Assembly (NCBI GenBank): GCA_963770145.1
Contig: CAVYOJ010000002.1
Span: 39,839-103,838 of the forward strand
DNA: 64,000 nucleotides
Origin: an uncultured Actinomycetota bacterium
GTDB taxonomy: Bacteria > Actinomycetota > Actinomycetes > Mycobacteriales > CADCTP01
Reading direction: 5' to 3'
Numbering within the stretch: position 1 is the first letter of the stretch; each line of letters starts with the position of its first letter. The notes beneath the pieces were generated by a model. The model made no database searches and had not been told where the DNA came from. It saw only the letters and a list, made by a program, of their open reading frames with translations. The translations under genes and the position numbers were made by a program. Positions 21,124 through 30,559 of this stretch are shown here, piece after piece.

Positions 21124-23006
21124 TTGTCCCTCGTCACCCGCCTCCGCCGGTCCGCCGCGGTGGAGACCAGCCCCGCGGACCCGGCGGACCACCCCACCGA
21201 CGAACTCCAGCCGGTCGAGACCACCGACGAGGCGCAACCCACCACCGAGGGCGGCCCGGCCGACGACAGCGCGGCCGACAGACGCGCGCCGACAGCGCGG
21301 CGCGCCGACAGCGCGGCCGGTGACGCCGGTGCCGCCGGTGGCGAGGCAGGGGTCGGGTCGGGGAGGCGGCGAGGGCGGGTCCGCGTCGTGCTGGGCGTGG
21401 TCGTCACCGTGCTCGCCGTCGCGTTCGTGCTGTTCGGGCTCGTCGTCCCGGACGACTACGGCGACCTGCACGCCGCCTCGTTCGTCCGGATCCCGCTGGA
21501 GGCGCTGGTCGCCGTCGCGGTGCTCGTCGTGCTGCCGCGACGCCCGCGCTGGATCCTCGCCACCGTGCTCGGCGTCGCTGCTCGGCCTGCTGACGATCCT
21601 CAAGGTCGTCGACCTCGGCTTCACCGCGATCCTGGCCCGGCACTTCAACCTCGTCCTCGACTGGATCCTGCTCGGCGACGCCACCGGCGTCGTGCAGGAC
21701 TCGATCGGCACGCTCGGCGCCGTCCTCACCGTGGTCGGCGCCTGCCTGCTGGTGATCGCGATCCTCGTGCTGATGACGCTGGCGGTGCTGCGGCTGACCC
21801 GGCTGGTCGCCGCCCACCACACCGCCACGCTCGCGTACGGTCAGCGTGCTCGCGGTCGCCTGGATCGCCCTCGCGACGTTCGGCGTCCAGCTGGCCGACG
21901 GCGGGGCGGTCGCGTCCCGGGCCGACGCCTCGCTCGTCGTCAACCGGTTCCACTCGATCACGCTCGAGCCTGCACGACCAGGCCGACTTCGAGGCCGCAG
22001 GCCAAGGTCGACCCGTTCCAGAACACCCCGGGCAACCAGCTGCTCAACGGCTTGCGCGGCAAGGACGTGCTGCTCACGTTCGTGGAGAGCTACGGGCGCT
22101 ACGCGGTGGAGGACCCGAAGTTCGCCCCGCCGGTCGACGCCCAGCTGGACGCGGCGACCAAGCGGCTGGACGCGCTCGGGTTCGGCTCGCGCAGCGCGTA
22201 CCTCAGCTCGTCGACGGTCGGCGGGGCCAGCTGGCTGGCGCACTCGACGCTGCTGTCCGGGCTCTACATCGACAGCCAGCAGCGCTACCGGTCGCTGGTG
22301 GCGAGCAACCGGCTCACGCTCACCAGCGCGTTCAAGAAGGCGGGCTGGAAGACGGTCAGCGTCGAGCCGGCGATCACCGGGGCCTGGCCGGAAGGCAAGT
22401 TCTTCGGGTACGAGCAGGACTACGACGCGCGGAACCTCGGCTACAAGGGCTCCCGGTTCAGCTACGCGACGATGCCGGACCAGTACCTCTACTCGGTGTT
22501 CCACCGGAACGAGCTCGGGCCCGGGCACGCGCCGGTATTCGCGGAGATCACCACCGTCTCCAGCCACAGCCCGTGGACGCCGATCCCGAAGATGGTCGGC
22601 TGGGACCAGGTCGGCGACGGGTCGATCTTCGACAACCCGGCCAACCAGGAGGGCGGGCCGCCCGGGTCGATCCTCGGCAGCGCCGACAAGCTGCGCGCCT
22701 CGTACATCCGCTCGATCCAGTACTCGCTGGACGCGCTGGTGTCGTACGTCGAGAACTACGGCGACAAGAACCTGGTGCTGGTCTTCCTCGGCGACCACCA
22801 GCCGGCGCCGATCGTGACCGGCGCAGGGCGCGAGCCGGGACGTGCCGATCACGATCGTGGCCAAGGACCCGAAGGTGCTGGACCGGATCTCGTCCTGGAA
22901 CTGGACGCCCGGCCTGCGCCCGGCCCCGAACGCACCGGAGACCAGGATGGACACCTTCCGCAACCAGTTCATGACCACCTTCGGCCCGGCGGATCCAGCC
23001 CACTAG
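21124..23006 (+). pseudogene. membrane-anchored alkaline-phosphatase-superfamily (LtaS/sulfatase-like) transferase, five +1 frame breaks
   Basis: The pieces step through frames 1>2>0>1>2>0 (ORFs 21124-, 21320-, 21846-, then 21124, 21320 and the final frame). N-terminal TM block, then DVLLTFVESYG, STVGGASWLAHSTLLSG, TTVSSHSPW, LVFLGDHQP. Confidence 0.7.
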
Positions 23007-23188
23007 CCGTAGTCACGGAAGGTCAGCAGGAAGCCGGCGATCGCCGCCACCAGCGAGACCAGGTAGACCGCGACCCTGACCCCGGTCGGCACGCCCACCG
23101 CGGTCACCACGGTCGACACGACCATGGCCCCGACCATGAGCGCACCGCCATACACCGGCGTCCGCTCCGGATGCTCCCCACGCGCCAC
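23003..23188 (-). CDS. small 2-TM membrane protein
   Basis: 61-aa ORF, hydrophobic (MVGAMVVSTVVTAVG..LVSLVAAIAGFLL). Its stop shares a CTAG with the convergent gene stop. Confidence 0.45.
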   Translation of the reverse strand: MARGEHPERTPVYGGALMVGAMVVSTVVTAVGVPTGVRVAVYLVSLVAAIAGFLLTFRDYG

Positions 23189-23215
23189 ACTCCGAGTGTT
23201 CCCCGCAGCGGGGGC

Positions 23216-23690
23216 TCAGGTTGGGTCGAGGACGTGGGTGGGTGCGGCGGACGCTGAGGACGGTGTTGAGGGCGGCGGCGAGCGCGCTGGCGACGAGGAG
23301 GATCCAGAAGACCGCCTGCGGCCACTCGTAGTGCTCGCGCAGCTCCCAGGTCTCCTTCGTCGCGATCAGGAGACCGCCGGCGCCGACCAGCAGCCAGCCG
23401 CGGGCCTTGTCGATGAACTCGACCAGCGTCTCGAGGTCCTCCCGGCTCAGCGCGGCGATCATGTCCTGCCGCCACCGCCGGGACCGGCGCTGCGCCAGCA
23501 GGTAGCGCACCGGCGGCAACAGCCACCACCACGCCGACACCGGAGCCGGCGCCGGCACCTGCGCGGTGACCTGCTGGATCCGCTCCCGCTCGACGTCCTG
23601 CTCCTGCAGTTCCAACGCGGCCTGGTAGATCGGCCCGGCCACGAGCAGCCACGCACCGACGTACCCGCACCAGAAGATCACCCCGTCCAC
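23216..23690 (-). pseudogene. membrane protein of unknown function; 3' end needs one +1 correction
   Basis: MDGVIFWCGYVGAWLLVAGPIYQAALEL..WWWLLPPVRYLL..WILLVASALAAALN. As written the frame runs into junk down to 23013. The TGA at 23216-23218 is reached by a +1 shift. Confidence 0.5.
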
Positions 23691-23711
23691 CCCGGGAACC
23701 GTAGGCGATGC

Positions 23712-24357
23712 TCAGCTGCGCTGCCGGGTCACCCGGATCGCCAGCGCCACCAGCGCCGACCGACAGCACCGCGGTCTCCGCGGCCAGCACCGCCAGCGGC
23801 CCGGCCAGGTGGGTCGGGTGGTCGTCGCCGAGCAGCCCGAGCATCGGCCGCAGCGGCGGCACCGGCAGCGCCAGCTCGAGCAGCAGCAGCGCGGTCCCGC
23901 CGAGCACCACGTGCGCGAGCCGGCTGACCACCGGCCGGCTCAGCACCGCCCCGAACGCCACCCCGGCCGCGATCGTGACCGCGTGCGCCACCGCGCCGGC
24001 CAGCACCGACCGCGGCGAGGACGGGTTGCCCGCGACCGGCGACCACACCAGCGACACCACGGCCAGCACCGCGCACACCAGCGCCGCGGTGAGCAGCTTC
24101 GCCAGCCGCACCCGCGCCGCGCTGCCCACGGTGACCGCGGTGACCGCCTCCTGCACCGGGTCCTCGCTGTTGCTCACCGACACGGTCAGCCACAGCGCGA
24201 CCGGCAGCAGCACGGCCGCGGTGAACCCGTAGCAGGACAGCGCCGACCCGCCGCCGGCGTTGAACGACGCGGTGGCGGCCAGGAACACCAGCACCGGCGC
24301 GGCCCACCGCTCGGCCCGCAGCGCGTCCGCGGCCACGTACCGGACCAGCGCGGTCAC
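23712..24357 (-). pseudogene. ABC-2-type exporter permease, +1 frame break near the 3' end
   Basis: Six hydrophobic segments. After ..AETAVLSVG a +1 shift gives ALVALAIRVTRQRS* (stop 23712-23714). Confidence 0.6.
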
Positions 24358-24854
24358 GACCGCACCAGCCCCTCCACGAACGACCAGCCACCGGCCAGCG
24401 CCTCCCGCAGCACCGCGTCCGGATCGGCGGTGAGCACGGTCAGCAGTCCCCGGCCGGGATCCCAGCTCCCGCCGGCGACCGGCACCGGGCCGGGTCGCGC
24501 CGGCGCAGCACCAGCCGGGTCCGCACCGGTCCGGATCCGGCCAGCCGCCCGTCGGCCAACCGGACCACCGCGTCCGCGGCCGGGAACACCGCCGGGTCGT
24601 GCCCGCTCAGCACCACCGCTGTCCCGGCCGTACGGGCGTCCAGCAGCAACGCGGTCAGCGCCTGCGCCGCGGCCGGGTCGAGCCCCCCGTACGGCTCTAC
24701 GCAGCAGGGTGGTCTTGCCCGACCCGTTCCCGCCGACGACGAGGGTGACCGCGCCGCCGGGGAGCGTGGCGTCGATCCCGTCCAGCACCCACCGCCCGGA
24801 GCGGGAGTAGCGCTTGCGCACCCGCTCGACCCGGACCTCCGCCACGCCGCTCAC
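24354..24854 (-). pseudogene. ABC transporter ATP-binding protein remnant with internal deletion
   Basis: Walker A GGNGSGKTTLLR is joined directly to a Walker-B-like EPYGGLDPAAAQAL..VVLSGHDP. The Q-loop and LSGGQ signature are absent. Total about 165 codons in three frame pieces. Confidence 0.7.
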
Positions 24855-24869
24855 CGTATGCCGGCCGGC

Positions 24870-25988
24870 CTATCCCCGGATCGCGTCGGTGTCCGCGCCG
24901 AGCGCCGGCACCCGTCCGAGCGACGGCGTGCGGCCGGCCACGGTGACCGGCGGCAGCGGCATCCGCACCGGACCGCCGGGGGTCGACACGGTCCGCCACC
25001 GGTCCCGGGCGGCCAGCTGCGGGTGGTCGGCGAGGTCCGCGGCCGTCCGCAGCCGCGCGTTGGCGATGCCCAGCGCGTCCAGCCGCTCGGCCGCCGCGTC
25101 CGCGGTCATCCCGGCCAGGCCGGCCTCGATCAGCCCGGTCAGCTCGTCATCGTGGGCGACGCGGTCCGGGTTGCTCGGGAACCGCGCGGCCAGCTCCGGG
25201 TCGCCGAGCAACTGGGCGCACAGCACGCCCCACTCGCGGTCGTTCTGCACGCCGATGAACACCACGTTCCCGTCCCCGGCCGTGTACGGCCCGTACGGCG
25301 AGATCGACGCGTGCCGCGCGCCGGCCCGACGCGGCGGCGCCCCGCCGTACGTCGCGAACAGCATCGGCTGGGTCATCCACTCGGCCAGCGCCTCGAGCAT
25401 GGACACCTCCAGCGCGCTGCCGGCGCCGGTGCGCTCCCGCTCGTAGAGCGCGGTGAGGATGCCGGTGAGCGCGTACATCCCGGCCGCGATGTCGGCCACC
25501 GAGACGCCGGCCTTGACCGGCTCGTCCGCGGTGCCGGTCACCGACAGCAGGCCGGCCTCGCACTGGACCAGCAGGTCGTACGCCTTCTTGGCGGCGTACG
25601 GGCCGCCGGTGCCGTAGCCGGAGACCGAGCAGGTGATCAGCCGCGGGTGCCGCGCCCGCAGCGACGCCGCGCCGAGCCCGAACCGCTCGGCCACCCCGGG
25701 CTTGAGGTTCTGCACGAACACGTCCGCGGTCGCCACCAGCCCGGCGAGCACGGCCAGGTCGGCCGGCTCGGTCAGGTCGAGCGCCACGCTCTGCTTGCCG
25801 CGGTTGAGCCAGACGAAGTAGCTGGACTGGCCGTGCACGGTCCGGTCGAAGTCGCGGGCGAAGTCGCCGGCCGGGCGCTCGATCTTGACCACCCTGGCGC
25901 CGAGGTCGGCCAGCTGCCTGGTCGCGAACGGCACCGCGACCGCCTGCTCCAGCGCGACGACGGTCACCCCGGCCAACGGCCCGCCCAC
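24870..25988 (-). CDS. family III (CaiB/BaiF) CoA-transferase
   Basis: Intact 372 aa. GVTVVALEQAVAVPFATRQLADLGARVVKIERP, DVFVQNLKPG, VSGYG. Confidence 0.85.
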   Translation of the reverse strand: MGGPLAGVTVVALEQAVAVPFATRQLADLGARVVKIERPAGDFARDFDRTVHGQSSYFVWLNRGKQSVALDLTEPADLAVLAGLVATADVFVQNLKPGVAERFGLGAASLRARHPRLITCSVSGYGTGGPYAAKKAYDLLVQCEAGLLSVTGTADEPVKAGVSVADIAAGMYALTGILTALYERERTGAGSALEVSMLEALAEWMTQPMLFATYGGAPPRRAGARHASISPYGPYTAGDGNVVFIGVQNDREWGVLCAQLLGDPELAARFPSNPDRVAHDDELTGLIEAGLAGMTADAAAERLDALGIANARLRTAADLADHPQLAARDRWRTVSTPGGPVRMPLPPVTVAGRTPSLGRVPALGADTDAIRG

Positions 25989-26030
25989 CGGTCGACCCGG
26001 AGTCTCGGCCAGCGGAGCGGCGGGCGGGCC

Positions 26031-26090
26031 GTCGACGGACCGGTCGACGGCCCGGTCGACGGCCCGGTCGACGAATCGGTCGACGGAGCG
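26031..26090. repeat. five tandem 12-bp units GTCGACGGNCCG (SalI-site palindrome core)
   Basis: GTCGAC at 26031, 26043, 26055, 26067 and 26079, plus a solitary copy at 25991. The array lies between the ACAD stop (26124) and the CoA-transferase GTG (25988). Confidence 0.85.
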
Positions 26091-26123
26091 CCGGCCGGGC
26101 CGGCCGGCGGAGTGCCGGCGTGG

Positions 26124-27284
26124 TCACCGGCCGCTCACCGGGTGCCGCGCGACCAGCTGGCGGGCGATCACCCCGCGCTGGATCTCGTTCGTACCCTCGC
26201 CGACGATCATCAGCGGCGCGTCCCGGAAGTAGCGCTCGACGTCGAACTCCGTGCTGTAGCCGTAGCCGCCGTGCACGCGGACCGCGTCCAGCGCGATCTT
26301 CATCGCGGTCTCCGAGGCGAACAGCTTCGCCATGCCGGCCTCCAGGTCGGCCCGCGACCCCGAGTCGTACACCCGGGCGGCGTGCAGGACGAGCTGGCGG
26401 GCCGCGGCGAGGCCGGTCGCCATGTCGGCGAGCAGGTTGCCGACCGACTGGTGCTCCCAGATCGGCCGGCCGAAGCTCTCCCGCTGCTGGGCGTACCGCA
26501 GCGAGTCCTCCAGCGCGGCCTGCCCGACCCCGACCGCCCGGGCCGCGACCTGGATCCGGCCGATCTCCAGCCCGCGCATCATCTGCCCGAACCCGCGGCC
26601 CTCGACGCCGCCGAGCAGCGCCGACGCCGGCACCCGGAAGTCGTCGAAGGCGAGCTCGCAGCTCTCCACGCCCTTGTAGCCGAGCTTCGGCAGGTCACGG
26701 GAGACGGTGAAACCGGGCCCGGGCTCGGCCAGCAGGACGCTGATCCCGCGGTGCGGCGGGTCGGCGGCCGGGTCGGTCTTGCACAGCAGCGCGACGAGCT
26801 GGGACCGGCGGGCGTTGGTGATCCACATCTTCGACCCGTTCACCACGTACGCGTCGCCGTCGCGGCGAGCCGTGGTGCGCATGGCCTGCAGGTCCGACCC
26901 GCCACCGGGCTCGGTGAGCGCCATCGTCGCCCGCACCTCGCCGGTCGCCATCCGCGGCAACCAGCGGTCCTTCTGCTCCTCGGTCCCGTACGCGAGCAGC
27001 AGCTTGGCGACCACGGTGTGCCCGCCCATGGCGCCGGCCAGCGACATCCAGCCGCGCGCGAGCTCCTCGGTCACCGCGGCGTAGCAGGGCGTCGAGACGG
27101 CCGCGTCGCCCCACGGCGCCGGGATCGCGAGCCCGAAGACGCCGAGCTCTTTCATCCGCTCGATGAGCTCCTCCGGGTACGTGTCGGCGTGCTCGAGCTC
27201 CCGCACCACCGGCTTCACGTCCCGGTCGACGAACTCCCGCACCAGCGCGACGATCGCGGCCTCGTCCTCGCTCAACTCGGTCAT
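26124..27284 (-). CDS. acyl-CoA dehydrogenase
   Basis: Intact 386 aa. ALTEPGGGSD, KMWITN, C-terminal GGYGYSTEFDVERYFRDAPLMIVGEGTNEIQ. Confidence 0.9.
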   Translation of the reverse strand: MTELSEDEAAIVALVREFVDRDVKPVVRELEHADTYPEELIERMKELGVFGLAIPAPWGDAAVSTPCYAAVTEELARGWMSLAGAMGGHTVVAKLLLAYGTEEQKDRWLPRMATGEVRATMALTEPGGGSDLQAMRTTARRDGDAYVVNGSKMWITNARRSQLVALLCKTDPAADPPHRGISVLLAEPGPGFTVSRDLPKLGYKGVESCELAFDDFRVPASALLGGVEGRGFGQMMRGLEIGRIQVAARAVGVGQAALEDSLRYAQQRESFGRPIWEHQSVGNLLADMATGLAAARQLVLHAARVYDSGSRADLEAGMAKLFASETAMKIALDAVRVHGGYGYSTEFDVERYFRDAPLMIVGEGTNEIQRGVIARQLVARHPVSGR

Positions 27285-27288
27285 GCCG

Positions 27289-27934
27289 TCAGTCTGTACG
27301 GCCCAGCCCCGCCTCCCGGGCCCGGACGATCGCCTGCCCGCGCTCGGCGACCTGCAGCTTGGTGAGGATGTTCGACACGTTGTTGGCCACGGTCTTCGTG
27401 GAGAGGAACAGCTTCTGCCCGATCTGGGCGTTGGTCAGCCCGGCCGCGACCCCGTCCAGGATCGCCCGCTCCCGCTCGGTGAGCTGCGGGAACGGTACGT
27501 CCGGGAGGCTCGGTCCGGTCGCCAGCCAGCGGCTGAGCCGGCGGGCGAGCGCCGCCCCGAACACCGCCGTGCCCGGCCGCCGCCGACCGGATCGCGGTCA
27601 CGATGTCGGCGCCGTCCGCCCCCTTGAGCAGGTAGCCGGAGGCGCCGGCGGCGACCGCGGCGAACACCGTGTCGTCGTCCTCGAACATCGTCAGCACCAG
27701 CACCGCGGTCTCCGGTCGCTGCGCGCGGATCTCCCGCGTCGCCTCGATGCCGTGCAGACCGGGCATCTGCAGGTCCATCACCACGACGTCCGGCGCCAGT
27801 TCGGCGGCGAGCCGCACCACCTCGGTCCCGTCCGCGGCCTCGCCGAGCAGAGTGATCCCGTCGACGCCGGTGAGCACCGCCCGCAGCCCCTGCCGGACCA
27901 GCGGGTGGTCGTCCGCGATGAGCACGCTGGTCAC
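27289..27934 (-). pseudogene. NarL/LuxR-family response regulator, one +1 frame break (about 27570)
   Basis: Receiver domain VLIADDHPLVRQGL..VVVMDLQMPG (frame of ORF 27281-28243). HTH LTERERAILDGVAAGLTNAQIGQKLFLSTKTVANNVSNILTKL (ORF 27289-27564). GTGA overlap with the kinase. Confidence 0.85.
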
Positions 27935-29935
27935 GCCGCCCCCAGCGGGTACGTGGCCCGCACCCGGCCGCCGCCCGCGGCCGGTCCCGCGGACAGCGTG
28001 CCGCCGAGCTCGGCCGCCCGCTCCCGCATCGCGGTCAACCCGACCCCGGGCTGCCAGTCCCCGGCCGACCGGCCGTCGTCGGTGACCTCCAGCTCCAGCT
28101 GGCGGCCGGCCGCCAGCCGGACGGTGCAGTGCCCGGCGCCGCCGTGCCGGACCGCGTTGTTGACCGCCTCGACCGCGGTCCGCAGCGCCGCCACCTCGAC
28201 CGCCGCGGGCAACGCCGGCAGGCCGGCCGCGTCGAGGGTGCACGCCACCCCGAGCCGCTCGGCGTGCACGGTGATCGCGCCGACCAGGCCGAGATCGTCC
28301 AGCGCCGGCGGCCGCAGGTCGTAGACCAGCTCCCGCAGGTCGGCGATCATCTGGGCGGACGCGTCCTTGGCCGCGGCCAGGAACGGCGCCGGGTCGTCAC
28401 CGCGGCCGGCCGCCGCCCGGGCCGCGTCCAGGTTCAGGCCAAGCCCGGTCAGCATCGGGCCGAGCCCGTCGTGCAGGTCGCGGCGCAGCCGGCGGCGCTC
28501 CTCCTCCCGGGCGGTGACCAGCCGCTGCCGGGACTCCAGCAGGTCGGCGGTGAGCGCCTCGGCCCGGACCGCGGGCCCGGCCTGCCGGGCGAGGTCGGCC
28601 AACACGGCACGGTCGCGCGGATCGAACTCCGACTCGCCCCGCCGCGGCGAGGCGACCAGCGCCCCCATCGGCGCGCCCTGGTACGCCAGCGGCCACCGTT
28701 CGACCGTCCCGCCCGGCGTCCCGTGCGCCGCGAGCACCCCGCCGTCCGCTCCGACCAGCGCCACGTACGGCAGCCGCAGCGTCGTCGCCACCGCGGCGAC
28801 CACCGCCGGCAGCACCTCGCCCGGCACCGCGGCCGCGGCCAGCCGCCGCCCCACGTCGGCCAGCGCCTGGTACGGCTCGTTCCGCCGGCCGTAGAACAGC
28901 CGGTCCACCAGCCGCTGGCTGCGCCGCCGGGCCGGGGTGACCGCCAGCGCGACGGCCACCGCGGCGACCCCGAACCCGACTCGCTCGGAGACGAGCTCGG
29001 CCCCGACCGCGGCGACCACCAGGTAGCCGGCGACGAGCACGACGGTGACCACCGCGTACACGGCCGACCGCCGGATGATCGTGTCGATGGCCCAGAGCCG
29101 ATAGCGGACGATCGGGATCGCCAGCGTGGCGACGAACACCGTGCTGTCGGCGAGGGTGACGGCGCCGTCGAGGCGCTCGGTGACCGCGAGCGGGAACAAT
29201 GCGAGCGCCAGTACCACGCCGGCCGCGCGCCACTTGAGCTGCTGCCGCTCGATGCCGCTCGCCCGTACGCAGCGGACGACGACGCCGATCCCGGCGACCA
29301 GCCCGCCCAGCACGACGAGCGGAGCGAGGACGGTCAGCCCGTTCGCCGCCTGCGCGACCCAGGTGTCGGCGGTCAGCGGGTTGCGTCAGATCCCGGCCGG
29401 GCGCGGTCTCCCGCAGCACGTTGTCGCCGAGGAAGCCGCCGAGGATCACCAGGCCGGTGCCGGCGACCAGCGCGCGTTCCAGCCAGCGGCCCTTCCGGGT
29501 GGCCGGCCGCCCGGACGGGAACCGCACGTTCACCAGGCCCTGCACGGCGATCGGGACGAAGCCGAGGTTGCCCATCGACAGGCCGAGCTCGGCGAGCACG
29601 CCGGCATGCCCGGCCCGCACGGCCAGTGCCGCCGGTCCGACCGTGGCCAGCATCAGCACCTGGGAGGCGGCCGCGCCGGCCAGCAGCCAGCCGAACGGCA
29701 GGTCCGGCCGGCGGGCGAGCAGGAACGCGCCGACCAACCCGTACGGCGGGATCGTCGCGAGCGCCTGCACCAGCCCGTCACGCAGGTCGGGCTGCAGGTC
29801 GGGGACCGCGACCAGGACCGCGACCGCACCGGCCGTGCCGAGCCCGGTCACGAGCAGCGCGACGACCGACCAGCGGGCCGCGCGGCGGGCGCTGGTCGAG
29901 GCGGGCAGGGCGATAGCGGCGATGCCGCTGACCAT
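27931..29935 (-). pseudogene. membrane histidine kinase (HisKA_3/NarX-type), one +1 frame break (about 29385)
   Basis: The N-terminal multi-TM part is in the frame of ORF 28397-31048 (MVSGIAAIALPAS..). H-box RRLRRDLHDGLGP and the ATPase part are in ORF 27931-29313. Confidence 0.8.
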
Positions 29936-30085
29936 GCCGTTCGGCACCGCGGCGGCGCAACGGGTTGGGTTCCCGCGGTCCCGGGAGATCCTCCCGCGGC
30001 AGCGGGACGGCGATCTCTGTCGGCGGGTCCGGCCGGGAGCCGACAGTGACGTCCGTCCACACCGGACCACTACCGAGGAGACACC

Positions 30086-30427
30086 ATGAAGGCCATCCGC
30101 TGGGCCGCCGTCGCGGCCACCGCGCTGATGTCCCTGCTGAACCTGCCGGCCGGGTTCGACAACGGCCTCGACATGCCCACCTGGCTCGCCTGGGTCGGCA
30201 CCGTGCTCGGCGCCGTCGGCCTGGTCGCCGCGTTCGGGCTCGCCCGGCGGCTGCCGTGGGGGCGCCCGGCCGTGCTCGCGGTCGGCGCGGTCAACCTGGC
30301 CGGCGCGATCGCCGCGCTGGCCGGCGCCTGGGCGGGCGGCGCGATCGGGCTGGTGCTCAGCCTGGCGATCCTCGGGCTGGCCTGGTTCGCCCAGCCGGCC
30401 CCGGTCGCCGAGCCCGCACTGGGCTGA
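30086..30427 (+). CDS. small 4-TM membrane protein
   Basis: 113 aa, GGAG-type RBS upstream, hydrophobic throughout. Divergent from the kinase. Confidence 0.55.
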   Translation: MKAIRWAAVAATALMSLLNLPAGFDNGLDMPTWLAWVGTVLGAVGLVAAFGLARRLPWGRPAVLAVGAVNLAGAIAALAGAWAGGAIGLVLSLAILGLAWFAQPAPVAEPALG

Positions 30428-30559
30428 CCGAGCCGACCACCGGCGGACGCCGCTCGGCACGGGGCGGGCGGCGTCGTCGGCGACCCGGTGGGTCACGATC
30501 CGTCGTCGTTTCGGTCTCGATCGGCGGTTGCGGCCGGGTTGGGGTGCTTCGCTGGCCCC

